Origin: a virus
Lineage: Duplodnaviria > Caudoviricetes
Direction: 5' to 3' (one strand)
IMG/VR virus record: IMGVR_UViG_3300039448_000011
Location: 1-51,441 of that record
DNA: 51,441 nucleotides
Shown here piece after piece: positions 27,844-37,514 of the stretch; the first letter of the stretch is position 1; every line of letters begins with the position of its first letter. Both the position numbers and the translations under genes were made by a program. The notes below the pieces were generated by a model that saw only the letters and a program-made list of their open reading frames with translations, was not told the DNA's origin and searched no databases.

Positions 27844-29871
27844 TTAGGCTGTTTGCAGCCAACTACTAGGAAGCGGCGGAGGCGTCTCTGATTCGCGCTG
27901 AATATCCGCAATCATTTCCTGCTGCTTCACTTTTTCTGTTTCGGTTTTGGCTTCAGTTAATTTAGCTTCGGCTTCGGTTTTATTGATTTTCCCAATCAGC
28001 TCTTCAAGTTTTAACTGAATATCTTTCATGTGAATATCCTTCAGCATTTCTTGTTCTTGCTGCTGCTTAGCCATGCCTTCTTGCTCTTCCGGCGTCATTG
28101 TTTCCGGATCAACATCACCCGTAACCTTCTGAACCAGCTTCATTAAATCAACGCGCTTCTCTTCAGGAATATCTAATTGCTCGACAACCAACCCAAGACC
28201 AGCCGCTTGAAACTCCCCGGGTAGCTTGCTAATGAAGTCCATAAGCATTTGAGAAACTTGAGCGCGGTAACCGGCAGACTGCTGAACCTCACCAAGAACA
28301 ACCTGTGTTTTAGCGTGTGCGATCGCATTGCTAACTTCGCCTTCTTCGCCTTCTTGCTGGTTTAGAACAACTTGCTTGGCACCCTTGCCGAGCTTGCCAG
28401 GAACCATGACAGAAACGTTTCTCTTTTCCGTGAGCTCTTCAACTTCATGTGCAAGCACCAGCTCACCAATCATTTGACGAGACATATGATAATTATCATT
28501 TATCTCCGCCAGTGTTGTTGCGCCTTGCTCAACAAGAGAATTAATTGCAACGCCAGACTTGGCACCACCTTCTTTCCCGAGGAACGAATCGTAAATACCC
28601 GCAACATCCTGAATGAGGGTTTTAGCTTCCTGCATTACTTGGAATTGCTGCCCGCTTATGCCTTGGTCTGACTCAACCTTAAATAACGGCCCATCTTTGC
28701 GTTTAGCGCTAAGACCGTTCAATTTAATAATGCCGTCCGCTTGATGGGCTTGCTGGCGCAAATCATTGTCAGTCATCGACGTGGCATCATCATCCATCGT
28801 AATGCGCTTGTAATTCAGATCGCCGGTTAAGCGAATTCGTCTGAAATTGATTTCATCTTGCGGGCTAAGCATTGGGCGAGCCAAGCCGTAAGGAATCCCC
28901 GTCTCATCTTCACGTGCACCAATAAACGGCACATACGGAAACATATTGCGCGGATGTGGGCTTTCCATGTCAGTGACAAAGTGGGGCCCTATATACCAGC
29001 TCAGGCGCAGACTAGGGATTGGACTGCGTGAAATATTGACTCGACCAGAGTTCACCAACGCAACGTGCATTGGATTGTTTTCATCGAACACGACTGCGCG
29101 ACCATCTTCAGTGCGTAGTACTACGCCGTCTTTCCATACGCGATAATACAGTTCGTAAACTTTCACCATGTCGCGATGGGGAAGTAGCCATTCTTTTTCA
29201 TCACGAGTGCTGTACTGATATTCGCGATACGCTTGACTTAATACATCACCCTTAACCGCAGATTCATTCATGTCGTAGGACGACCACATACCAAGCGACT
29301 GATCGATGATGTCTGCTTTATTTCTGAATGCGGATTTAGCCTCGTCTTTATCTACCCAGCGCTCACGTAGCAGCCAACGACAATTGCTTAAATCGTTGCG
29401 AGTTCGCCAATCAAAACTGATTTCATTTCTGTGCACTGGCTGAATTAAATACTTGGACGCCAGCGGATCTTTATTCTTTTTAACTTCGGCCCAGCCAATG
29501 CCGCCAACAATTTGAGCTTTGTACGATTCAGCACATGCATTGTTTGCTTTACCAGTTCGAAGCCCCTCATTGACTCGAACATTCAAACCTTCGGCTACGT
29601 CTTTGAATTCATCGTCATCGGCCTGCACAAACCAATCGGTACGACTGCGCGCCTCCATGCCCAAAACACCATTAATTGCTGGCTGAATTAAGTTGGTGAT
29701 CAATATCGGCATTTTTTTAGATTTCAGCGCCTCAATAACCTCAGGCGCTAATTGGTTGCCGTCGTAATACTGATGGCAGCGAGACGCCATGCCTCGCCAT
29801 TCAGGCTGATAGTCACGCTCTTGCAGTATTCTATTTAGCCGCATTGAGTGCTTAATATTGCTTTCCATCAT
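27844..29871 (-). CDS. Portal protein (P22-like)
   Basis: 675 aa; YYDGNQL, NLIQPAINGVLG, FPYVPF, SGVAI motifs; C-terminal coiled coil. Confidence 0.9.
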   Translation of the reverse strand: MMESNIKHSMRLNRILQERDYQPEWRGMASRCHQYYDGNQLAPEVIEALKSKKMPILITNLIQPAINGVLGMEARSRTDWFVQADDDEFKDVAEGLNVRVNEGLRTGKANNACAESYKAQIVGGIGWAEVKKNKDPLASKYLIQPVHRNEISFDWRTRNDLSNCRWLLRERWVDKDEAKSAFRNKADIIDQSLGMWSSYDMNESAVKGDVLSQAYREYQYSTRDEKEWLLPHRDMVKVYELYYRVWKDGVVLRTEDGRAVVFDENNPMHVALVNSGRVNISRSPIPSLRLSWYIGPHFVTDMESPHPRNMFPYVPFIGAREDETGIPYGLARPMLSPQDEINFRRIRLTGDLNYKRITMDDDATSMTDNDLRQQAHQADGIIKLNGLSAKRKDGPLFKVESDQGISGQQFQVMQEAKTLIQDVAGIYDSFLGKEGGAKSGVAINSLVEQGATTLAEINDNYHMSRQMIGELVLAHEVEELTEKRNVSVMVPGKLGKGAKQVVLNQQEGEEGEVSNAIAHAKTQVVLGEVQQSAGYRAQVSQMLMDFISKLPGEFQAAGLGLVVEQLDIPEEKRVDLMKLVQKVTGDVDPETMTPEEQEGMAKQQQEQEMLKDIHMKDIQLKLEELIGKINKTEAEAKLTEAKTETEKVKQQEMIADIQRESETPPPLPSSWLQTA

Positions 29872-31349
29872 GCCATCCAGTGATCGGAGTTTGTTGTTTT
29901 CACGCTAGCGCCCGGTGTGGGTGGAGTTGTCATTGCTTCAATCAGCATCATTATCAAATACCGCATAGCGTCCATTAAGTGGTCATTCTCTTTCACGACC
30001 TTGCCGTTATCGTCGCGACGATAAAGACCTATCTCATGCCAGATACCGCTCAAATTACTGAATATTTTTAATCGACCGGTGGCAAACCGCTCATTGACTG
30101 CAAATATTCCGGCTTCCACTGCATTGTCGGCCTTCACTAAATTGAGCTTGTTATTTATGACGTAGATATCAAAAAGATTTTCACCGTCTTTTTGGCTTCG
30201 ACCTTTGGATGCAGGATCGATCGCACCAATCATCCAACTACCGCGGGCTTTAATTGCAGCCGAGTGTTCAGCGGGAGTTACGTGTCCCATGTAATGCTCT
30301 GAATACAGATAAACAACATCGTTATCCCTGTCCCACGCCCCCCAAATAACTGCTGTCTTCTTCCAGCCAACATCCATTCCAAATGCCTTAGGCCAATGCT
30401 TCGGCAAAATAAATGGCTTACATTTAAGGTCTTCCGGGTCGTAGGGGTAAATCGCACCTTCACCCAGCGAAGGCTCGCCATCCATTCGGGCTTTTAATTG
30501 GTGCGGTTTTAACTTCAGCGACTTAATGAGTTTATTTTTCTGCTCTTCAGTTAGGTGTGGCGCATGTTTCCAGCCAGCCTTAACTAAATAGCGGGGATTT
30601 TCTTTATCACCCAGAACCTGTTCTTTGCATGAATCAAGAAACGCAAGAACCAGGTCAGTCAGACCACTTAACGGAGTGAACGTTAGAATAAAAATACCGT
30701 CCGTGGTCATCGTTCGAATCAACGCCTCTTCATAAACGTCGTAAGGACACTCCTCATCCATCCAAATGATGTCTTCTTCCGTTCCTTGGAAGATTTTTCG
30801 CCCCTGGTCATAAGAGCGAAGCTTTAATATCGACCACTCACCACTTGTGTGCTTAACCGGCACTGAGTCATAAGCATCAGAAACACCCGGCTTAATTGTC
30901 GGCTTGCCAAGCAGGTGCTTGGGAATAATCCCAGTACCCCAAAGATCGGTACCGTATTTACCACCAAGCAATTTCTTTTGAATAATGTCCCGCGTTGTCT
31001 GGTTCGTATCACCCGCCGCCAGCGCAGCAACGTTCCGATTAAATCGCTTGCCATCCCACCATTCAGGATAAAGCCCAGAAAGGTGCAGATAAATTTCATA
31101 GCCGCCCGCTTCGGTTTTACCAACGCGGTTACCGGCCATGAATAGCCGTTCAGAGTGATAAGCGCCCGCTGTAAAAAATTCGCAGTGCTTCGTGTACCGC
31201 TCTCGACGAAATTCACCTTTATCAGGAAACAAATCAACAACGCGGTTGTACCTGTTCCGTCGGTCTCGCTCTTCACATAACGCGAGTAATTCTAATTTTT
31301 CCTCACGACTAAGATGATGCAGATGCGGTAAGTCTTCTGATCCGCTCAT
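29868..31349 (-). CDS. terL: Terminase large subunit
   Basis: Walker A AGNRVGKT, Walker B IWMDEE, nuclease motifs GMDVG and DHLMDAMRY. Confidence 0.95.
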   Translation of the reverse strand: MSGSEDLPHLHHLSREEKLELLALCEERDRRNRYNRVVDLFPDKGEFRRERYTKHCEFFTAGAYHSERLFMAGNRVGKTEAGGYEIYLHLSGLYPEWWDGKRFNRNVAALAAGDTNQTTRDIIQKKLLGGKYGTDLWGTGIIPKHLLGKPTIKPGVSDAYDSVPVKHTSGEWSILKLRSYDQGRKIFQGTEEDIIWMDEECPYDVYEEALIRTMTTDGIFILTFTPLSGLTDLVLAFLDSCKEQVLGDKENPRYLVKAGWKHAPHLTEEQKNKLIKSLKLKPHQLKARMDGEPSLGEGAIYPYDPEDLKCKPFILPKHWPKAFGMDVGWKKTAVIWGAWDRDNDVVYLYSEHYMGHVTPAEHSAAIKARGSWMIGAIDPASKGRSQKDGENLFDIYVINNKLNLVKADNAVEAGIFAVNERFATGRLKIFSNLSGIWHEIGLYRRDDNGKVVKENDHLMDAMRYLIMMLIEAMTTPPTPGASVKTTNSDHWMA

Positions 31350-31890
31350 CTAATTGCTCATCTGTTAGTTTTTGTTCAAAAGGCTTGTCTTCTTTCTCAG
31401 CGTCCATGTTGAACGCTCGGCGCTCGATCTTGACTATTTTCTCAAGCGACGTTGTTAGTCCTGTCGCCGCCTTGGCCAAATAATCGAGAGGAATATCAAT
31501 CGTTATCGGCCCGTCGTTCGTATCGACCGTGATATTGCCCTTATCCAATTGCTCATCCATTTTGTTGAGCATTTTTCCAATAATGCTTCTGCATGATGCG
31601 GCGTAGGATCGGTGCTGAAATACAACGCTTGCAGCCGTCATTGCGGCGGCATTGATAATGTCGTCGTCACTTGGACGATCCACCGAAGACTCTTCTTTGC
31701 CAGCAATTAAAATATCTTTAGTCTTATCTTTGACTTTTTTGCTGAGGTCTTTTGTCCAGCCTTCGCGCTTTGCTCGCTTGCTAATCGTTCCAGTCTGAGG
31801 GCCGTGCATAGTCTCAAGTTGACGCAACGAGTACTGGCCAGTGCGATAGTCTCGCTCAACTGCAGCCCAGTCATAATTACGATTTTTCAT
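31309..31890 (-). CDS. terS: Terminase small subunit
   Basis: DWAAVERDYRTG..SLR...ISKRAKREGW HTH; directly upstream of terL. Confidence 0.8.
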   Translation of the reverse strand: MKNRNYDWAAVERDYRTGQYSLRQLETMHGPQTGTISKRAKREGWTKDLSKKVKDKTKDILIAGKEESSVDRPSDDDIINAAAMTAASVVFQHRSYAASCRSIIGKMLNKMDEQLDKGNITVDTNDGPITIDIPLDYLAKAATGLTTSLEKIVKIERRAFNMDAEKEDKPFEQKLTDEQLDERIRRLTASASS

Positions 31891-31902
31891 AAACTCACCA
31901 AT

Positions 31903-31931
31903 AAAAAAGCCCTGACGTGGGCAGGGCTTTT
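31903..31931 (-). terminator. Intrinsic (possibly bidirectional) terminator after lysis genes
   Basis: AAAAAAGCCCTG-ACGTGGG-CAGGGCTTTT. Confidence 0.8.
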
Positions 31932-31961
31932 AATCTCTTTAATTTTGTCGCTCGTCAGCTT

Positions 31962-32255
31962 TCAGAGTCCGATTCCCTGAGCTGTGTCCCGACAATACTC
32001 CACGTTACGGAAATAAATCAGCAGCGCGTGAATGTCGCGCTCCTTTAAAACAACTTCATCATCTAGCGCAGGTGGTAATGCTGGCACTTCTGGCAAGCAC
32101 CGGCTAACCATCATCACATCATCAACCGACACTGATTGATCATCATCAATCGGAAGAATTAGATCCTTCGCTGTCTTTAGTGTCGCGCACCCGCTCACGG
32201 AGAAAGCGCCTATTCCACCGACCAACAGGATCATCATTGATTTCTTCGATATCAT
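31962..32255 (-). CDS. Lipoprotein, o-spanin-like
   Basis: Signal peptide with lipobox-like VSGC, Pro-rich segment; overlaps upstream gene. Confidence 0.55.
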   Translation of the reverse strand: MISKKSMMILLVGGIGAFSVSGCATLKTAKDLILPIDDDQSVSVDDVMMVSRCLPEVPALPPALDDEVVLKERDIHALLIYFRNVEYCRDTAQGIGL

Positions 32256-32352
32256 GGCGATACATATCCTCTTTTTTTGTTTTGATAAATGAACTGAGCA
32301 GACTGATAAACTCAGAAATAGATTTTATCGCTGCAACAAACCCGGTATTCAC
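32146..32352 (-). CDS. Small lysis-cluster protein (possible i-spanin-like)
   Basis: Amphipathic N-terminus, charged C-terminus; GTGA overlap with upstream gene. Confidence 0.5.
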   Translation of the reverse strand: MNTGFVAAIKSISEFISLLSSFIKTKKEDMYRHDIEEINDDPVGRWNRRFLRERVRDTKDSEGSNSSD

Positions 32353-32687
32353 TTTAGTGCCCGATCAACTAAGTTGCGGTCAATCTTAAGCCCTGACGTT
32401 TGCTTGGCCCTGAAAACTTGCAGTGCAAACAATTCCAGCAGCTTATACGCTTTCCCTAGCAGCAAATTGTCCCGAGGCGTCGGCGTTAGGGAGACTATGA
32501 TCGAAAACACCGGCACCAGCAGATAGAGCGCGGCGATAACTCGCTCAAATGTATTCAGCACAGACCACAATCCAATGACCATCGTCATAAAGTCGATATT
32601 AACCGCGGCGGGTAATGCTTCTTCCGCGAATACAGGAATAGCGAGCACGGAAAGTACCAGTGCCAATAATACTGTTAGGAGTTTCAT
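32349..32687 (-). CDS. Holin-like membrane protein
   Basis: Several hydrophobic helices, LTPTPRDN motif, located in lysis cluster. Confidence 0.6.
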   Translation of the reverse strand: MKLLTVLLALVLSVLAIPVFAEEALPAAVNIDFMTMVIGLWSVLNTFERVIAALYLLVPVFSIIVSLTPTPRDNLLLGKAYKLLELFALQVFRAKQTSGLKIDRNLVDRALK

Positions 32688-32716
32688 GTGATTTCCTTGG
32701 TTTTTTTACTTAAGGG

Positions 32717-33061
32717 TTAGCTTTCTACAGATTCGCAGGCGTTAAGAGCGTCATCGTGGAGCTTTTGCTTAAGTGCGTAGCCTTCTAGCTCCCAGACTTG
32801 GCTTTGCGAGTTATCAATCGCAACTTTTTCACCAATTTCTGCGTTATCATTTTCTGGAGAAACGCTACAAGAGGGCTTACCAACAACCGCAAAGCCGTTT
32901 TCCATTGTCAACACAGCCCAGCGCAACGTCTGCCCTGTTTTTGTAACATGCTTAACAATTTCCACATCTGCAATTTTTTTGTGTAAGCCGTCGAGAGTGA
33001 CGCGAGGTGCATTTAGCCCTTTCTCTTCAATTTCTTTTTCAATGTCTAGGTCTTTCATCAT
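32717..33061 (-). CDS. N4 Gp49 / Sf6 gp66 family protein
   Basis: APRVT...LTMENGFAVVG.SCSVSPEN.NAEIG..VA..N....VWELEGY.LK signature. Confidence 0.85.
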   Translation of the reverse strand: MMKDLDIEKEIEEKGLNAPRVTLDGLHKKIADVEIVKHVTKTGQTLRWAVLTMENGFAVVGKPSCSVSPENDNAEIGEKVAIDNSQSQVWELEGYALKQKLHDDALNACESVES

Positions 33062-33071
33062 CTTACCCTAA

Positions 33072-33377
33072 TTATTTTGTTTCAAGCTCATACAGCAACA
33101 CGCACAAATAGTTTGTTGTAATGTGCGGTTCGTTTTGGCTTCTTTTTTTAATTGTGACTACCGGCCTCTTCATTGAGATAGCGCTTCCATCTGAAACGGG
33201 CTGCCATTCTCCATTCCAAACACCTTCACTACCCCTAAGCTCTTTCAACGCGGAGGCGAATAAATCAATGTGATCTTCAAGGTTATAATCCTCAGTCATC
33301 ACCAATTCGATTTTTTGAATTTTTTGCTTGGGCATTAAAAATGAACTCCCCTGAAGAGTGCTTTTTGAAGTCATCAT
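33072..33377 (-). CDS. Hypothetical protein
   Basis: 101-aa ORF with ATGA overlap. Confidence 0.6.
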   Translation of the reverse strand: MMTSKSTLQGSSFLMPKQKIQKIELVMTEDYNLEDHIDLFASALKELRGSEGVWNGEWQPVSDGSAISMKRPVVTIKKRSQNEPHITTNYLCVLLYELETK

Positions 33378-33856
33378 CTTGCCCCTGCTAATAAATTAAT
33401 CACATCCAGATTCGGACGCGGTGAAATTGTATTTCGAATGCCGTCTTTATCCTGCAACCAGATAATAGGATTACCACTCGCACTCGAACGAGTATCTAAG
33501 TGCAGCATGAGCGTTGGCTTATCGTTCAGCACCTTATCAAAATAAATACCGATACCGCCGAAACCGCAGCGAACTGCAATGAGTAGCGCATGGATTGGAT
33601 CGCAGTTAACAAACACATCACCCGCGCTACTTAATCGCATATTGCCGTCACTGCCAATGAAATGCTGACTCGTAACGCTACCATCCGTGCGAATCCAGCC
33701 ACCCTTAACCGGCGACGGATTAACCGTGCACGCTAACTGAACGCGAAAGAACTCTAATTTATAAATAAAATCCGGAGACATCTTCTCAAGAACGCCCGCC
33801 GGAAATTCACCCGGCGTAAAATTCTCAATATCAGACCAGTCAATGATTTGTTTCAT
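33374..33856 (-). CDS. Endolysin, peptidase M15-like Zn peptidase
   Basis: SQH...AGD...GFGGIGIY...LHLDTR; ATG at 33856 overlaps the upstream stop. Confidence 0.75.
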   Translation of the reverse strand: MKQIIDWSDIENFTPGEFPAGVLEKMSPDFIYKLEFFRVQLACTVNPSPVKGGWIRTDGSVTSQHFIGSDGNMRLSSAGDVFVNCDPIHALLIAVRCGFGGIGIYFDKVLNDKPTLMLHLDTRSSASGNPIIWLQDKDGIRNTISPRPNLDVINLLAGAR

Positions 33857-34209
33857 GTGAATGCCTTGTAAATTCTTAGCGCAGTACCAATCAGGAAGCA
33901 CAGCGGAATTACCGTTAGCGCCATTCCTACCTTTGCAACAACCCCAGCATCATAAAATTCTTCATTCTTATCCGCTTGCCATGCTTGTCGGCAATGATTA
34001 GGCCCATCGAGCGGCTTGAATGAGTAATTGATCAATCGCTCCTGAGCAACCCAGAAGCTATCCGATCCACGCGCAGCAAAATAACCAGTACGCGCAGAAA
34101 TGGTCGAGTCAGGATTTCCGCGGAACACTGCATTGCCGGATTGATCGAGTGACAGCAGCAGGTTGTGAACATACCCGTTCTTTTTGAGCTGTTTGAGCTG
34201 TTCGCTCAT
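33853..34209 (-). CDS. Conserved phage protein
   Basis: LDQSGNAVFRGNPDSTISAR...NHC motif; C-terminal hydrophobic helix. Confidence 0.7.
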   Translation of the reverse strand: MSEQLKQLKKNGYVHNLLLSLDQSGNAVFRGNPDSTISARTGYFAARGSDSFWVAQERLINYSFKPLDGPNHCRQAWQADKNEEFYDAGVVAKVGMALTVIPLCFLIGTALRIYKAFT

Positions 34210-34574
34210 ACTGCCTCCTGTTCGTTTCCCAATTCAGTTGATTCAGCCGCGGCAGCTTTGCGCATGGCGATGATCATGGCGTCGATTTCTTCCCAGCTCA
34301 TCGGCAACGTTCGCTCGTGATATACGTCGTTTCCGTCAGTGTGCTCAAGCATCGTGCTGAGTAACTTAAATTCATCATTGCTTAAGTAGCCTTCAGGCGT
34401 AACCGGGGTGCCGTCCTCATCTTGAAACTCAAGGCCACGCAACAGCCAGACGGTTAAAGGTTGGCCATTTTTAGTAACGTCCACAGGGATTGGCGTGTGA
34501 TTAGCACGCGGAATAACTGATTCAGCAATTAAAATAGAATACGTGTCCGCAGCGCGGCGGGTGGAAATACTCAT
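34206..34574 (-). CDS. Hypothetical protein
   Basis: 122-aa ORF, coupled overlaps at both ends. Confidence 0.7.
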   Translation of the reverse strand: MSISTRRAADTYSILIAESVIPRANHTPIPVDVTKNGQPLTVWLLRGLEFQDEDGTPVTPEGYLSNDEFKLLSTMLEHTDGNDVYHERTLPMSWEEIDAMIIAMRKAAAAESTELGNEQEAV

Positions 34575-35998
34575 GATGCTATCTCCAGTTTGCGACGGAA
34601 GCTTATGTTGCTGATTTCTGCGCCTATCGCGACGTTAGAATCGAACCATAAACCAGCCTTTGGAACCGCATAATCCCAAAGCACACGCCCCGCATTGGGC
34701 ACCGTGAGAAATTGATTTCCGCCCGCAGGATTTTGCGTGTACAACCGCAAGCCACTACCGGAATAATTAAAACCGACTTGATAAGTACCGGGAACCGAAG
34801 CATTCCCAAAGTTTTCACCCAACGGCCCCCAGGCATTAGAGTCTTTTGTGTACGTACCATTGCCGTCGTAAGTCCATGACACCGAGCCGTTGGACGTAGG
34901 CCCAAATAAGTTTTGAACGCCCAACCAATAGTCCCACCAACGTTTTTTCTCAATCTGCATCCAATCTTCAGGCAATGCGTTTTGCAGTATGACGCCTGAC
35001 CATTCGCGGATTGATACTGATTTAATCTGGGACAAGCTACCTTGCTCACGTAAAACGATCCAGTGTGTGGTGCTTACTGCTTCAAAGACAATCTCATTCA
35101 AACCCACCGACAGGAATCCATCTGTGGTTGATACTATTGACAGGTTTACACCGCCAGTACTGGAGTCAGCCAACAGAAGGTAGGAGAGGCCCACCGTTTC
35201 GGTATCAACTATTAACTTGTAAGATTTGCCTACAGTCAGGCCGGTGATTTGCTGCCTATATTCTGCTCTATTGGAAAAGTCGTCCCCATTTAAAATGGCG
35301 CACCCACCTTCTATAGATACGGAACCAGATCCTGTTGATTCATCCGACCAGTTATCCGGTGTTAAAAAGTAACCATTCGTAACCAACTCAGTCCCCGACG
35401 CCACCGCACGATTACGCTGGTAGTCAGAGCTGGATTCATCAAACGGCCCATTCAGAATTAAATTATCATCAACCCACCCTAATAAACCAAATGGTATGCC
35501 TGTGAATCTAGTTCCTCCGAACACAAAACATTTATCAAATCTAATTGCATCAGAAATAACAGTTGTACTAATTACGTTGCCATTAATTAAGGCAGAAACA
35601 GTATTATTAGATGACCGATTTAGCTCAATCACACAAAGCTTGTTATCCATCGACTGACTAGCAACAACCTCCCCTGCGTTGTGGTAACTACTACCTAACT
35701 GATAAACAAACTCGCCACTTGCATTTATATTTACACGCGAACGAGGCAACCCTAGCGCTTCATAATCTGCAAGATCCATTAAACCATTATTTGTAAACGA
35801 GGATGAGTACACTATCCACTGCAGCTTGAAAGGCGTATCAGAATCCACTAAAAAATCATCTGAAAACTCACCCCATTGAGTGCCGTTAAGCTCAAACACT
35901 GAACGCTTCAGGTACTCACGATAGCCGTCATCCCCAGGCACGAACGGCTTGCGTATCGCTGAGCGCATGGCGCTGTGCTTGATCGCGGACTTAATCAC
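34571..35998 (-). CDS. LamG/CBM-like beta-sandwich protein (possible virion fibre or glycan binder)
   Basis: ELVTNGYF...W, QQITGLTVGKSYKL and ISNISFR are typical of CBM-like repeats. Confidence 0.6.
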   Translation of the reverse strand: MIKSAIKHSAMRSAIRKPFVPGDDGYREYLKRSVFELNGTQWGEFSDDFLVDSDTPFKLQWIVYSSSFTNNGLMDLADYEALGLPRSRVNINASGEFVYQLGSSYHNAGEVVASQSMDNKLCVIELNRSSNNTVSALINGNVISTTVISDAIRFDKCFVFGGTRFTGIPFGLLGWVDDNLILNGPFDESSSDYQRNRAVASGTELVTNGYFLTPDNWSDESTGSGSVSIEGGCAILNGDDFSNRAEYRQQITGLTVGKSYKLIVDTETVGLSYLLLADSSTGGVNLSIVSTTDGFLSVGLNEIVFEAVSTTHWIVLREQGSLSQIKSVSIREWSGVILQNALPEDWMQIEKKRWWDYWLGVQNLFGPTSNGSVSWTYDGNGTYTKDSNAWGPLGENFGNASVPGTYQVGFNYSGSGLRLYTQNPAGGNQFLTVPNAGRVLWDYAVPKAGLWFDSNVAIGAEISNISFRRKLEIAS

Positions 35999-36300
35999 TG
36001 ACTGCTAACGCTCACTGAATAATCAACGTTCGTCACCGTCGGAGTAACAACAACGTAATCAATTGCGCCCGCGTCCAGTTGAATCATCCCGTTTTCAGAG
36101 ACTATGTTTTCAGATTCGGCGCCAGGGTTAACTCTATTTGTTGAGCTATCAAAACCGTAGGGCACAACAGTAATCGTAATATCGCCAGTCGCGCCGGAGA
36201 AATACAATGTGTGCAGTGACGATCCGTTTGCAACCTGAATTAGTTGCTCACCCTGAAGCCCGTTTTTGATTTGTTTCTTTTGGATATCAGGCATTGTCAT
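35995..36300 (-). CDS. Hypothetical protein
   Basis: 101 aa, beta-rich, coupled to the downstream gene. Confidence 0.65.
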   Translation of the reverse strand: MTMPDIQKKQIKNGLQGEQLIQVANGSSLHTLYFSGATGDITITVVPYGFDSSTNRVNPGAESENIVSENGMIQLDAGAIDYVVVTPTVTNVDYSVSVSSQ

Positions 36301-36532
36301 TGCTCCCGCGAGACTGTCTGTCAGTCAACACTGCAATATCCTTGTCGTGTTGACTAATTATTGATGCGTGCTCATCAAGTCGTGTCTGATGTCGAATGTG
36401 CTGCTCGTCATGCGATGAGAGTTTTGATGAAACGATGCCGTAAATGCGTCCAAGTCCAATGAGCTGCATAGCAAATGTTGCGAACAACCCTCCAACCGCT
36501 ACCAGCGTATTTGTATCGACGTTTTCGAGCAT
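36287..36532 (-). CDS. Single-TM coiled-coil protein (holin/antiholin-like), first late gene
   Basis: One hydrophobic helix followed by heptad pattern; ATG at 36532 just after the terminator. Confidence 0.6.
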   Translation of the reverse strand: MLENVDTNTLVAVGGLFATFAMQLIGLGRIYGIVSSKLSSHDEQHIRHQTRLDEHASIISQHDKDIAVLTDRQSRGSNDNA

Positions 36533-36548
36533 GCTAAATCCCAGACGC

Positions 36549-36580
36549 AAAAAAGCCCGGATCAGATTTAACTGCCGGGC
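36549..36580 (-). terminator. tR'-like terminator
   Basis: Minus strand GCCCGGCAG-TTAAAT-CTGATCCGGGC-TTTTTT. Confidence 0.8.
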
Positions 36581-36616
36581 TGTTTATGTATTTATATTCG
36601 TTGAGGTCATTTAAGA

Positions 36617-36658
36617 CCAGTATGACAAAAAGTTACTCTAGCTGCGCACTGGTGTCAA
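36617..36658 (-). promoter_or_regulatory. pR'-like late promoter with putative Q-utilisation element
   Basis: TTGACA-17 nt (contains TGCGCAGC)-TAACTT, then CATACTGG. Confidence 0.8.
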
Positions 36659-36745
36659 CACTCTGTTTTTAATTTGCTGCGGAAGTATGCAAGAGGTGTT
36701 GAAGTTGATAGCAGGCAATTCGCATTAATTTTAAATTATTTCCCT

Positions 36746-36780
36746 GTTTGTGTGTACAAACTAAAATAAAGGTGTATAGT
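36746..36780 (+). promoter_or_regulatory. Promoter/operator of the accessory operon
   Basis: -10 TATAGT at 36775; palindrome GTTTGT-GTGT-ACAAAC over the -35 region; AT-rich upstream. Confidence 0.55.
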
Positions 36781-36850
36781 TATTTACATGGAAGGCAACA
36801 ACGCCAACCAGCCGACCAAGCGGGACTTGGAATAGAAAGCGAGAAAAATC

Positions 36851-37258
36851 ATGACTACAATCACTATCAACGACCTACCAAAATCATGCGCCCTAACAAA
36901 AATTGAGCTTTGTGGCGATCATGAAACTATCATCGAATTAGTTCGCAGCGTCACCACATACCCAACAATCAAAAACAAATCTGGAAATCTTGAGCTAGAC
37001 GCTAGCAAAAAAGACATTGCAGGTGTTTACAACGCGGTATTTGCACACAATGATCGCGTCAAAAAATCAGAATCCAAGCCATCTACAACTCAAACCACCG
37101 AAAAACCAGCAGAGCGCTATGTTGAATTACTCGCTACCGCTGAATTTGAGAATTTAAACCACGGTCGCGCTTGGTATTGCTCTGAGCTAGACATTGAAAC
37201 CAAAGGCGCCTCTCCTGCATGGGAAGGCGAGCAAATCTGTTACGTTTATCCAAACTAA
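36851..37258 (+). CDS. Hypothetical protein, anti-defence candidate
   Basis: 135 aa; first gene of an operon opposing the late direction. Confidence 0.8.
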   Translation: MTTITINDLPKSCALTKIELCGDHETIIELVRSVTTYPTIKNKSGNLELDASKKDIAGVYNAVFAHNDRVKKSESKPSTTQTTEKPAERYVELLATAEFENLNHGRAWYCSELDIETKGASPAWEGEQICYVYPN

Positions 37259-37295
37259 TTAATAGGCGGGGTAACCCGCCAATCGGAGAATCAGA

Positions 37296-37514
37296 ATGAT
37301 TAAATATAGTGTTGTGAGCGAAAAACAGGATGTTGGCGGCGATATTATCGAAATATTTAGTGTTGTTGACGACGATGGAATGCCAATCAATGACGGGCAT
37401 TTTACCGTTGAGTCAGATGCAAACTACGTATCAGAGAAAATGAATACAGGTAAATTTGGCGGAGACGATGTGTCGAATTTATGCAAATTAATGGATAGCT
37501 GGATAATCTGCTAG
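37296..37514 (+). CDS. Small acidic protein, anti-CRISPR candidate
   Basis: 72 aa, D/E-rich, GGAG RBS; function inferred from context only. Confidence 0.75.
   Translation: MIKYSVVSEKQDVGGDIIEIFSVVDDDGMPINDGHFTVESDANYVSEKMNTGKFGGDDVSNLCKLMDSWIIC

Noticed and set aside
36851-36871. MTTITIN start recalls a known type I-E anti-CRISPR
   Set aside because: Generic phage N-terminus; length and the remaining sequence do not fit, so no name was assigned
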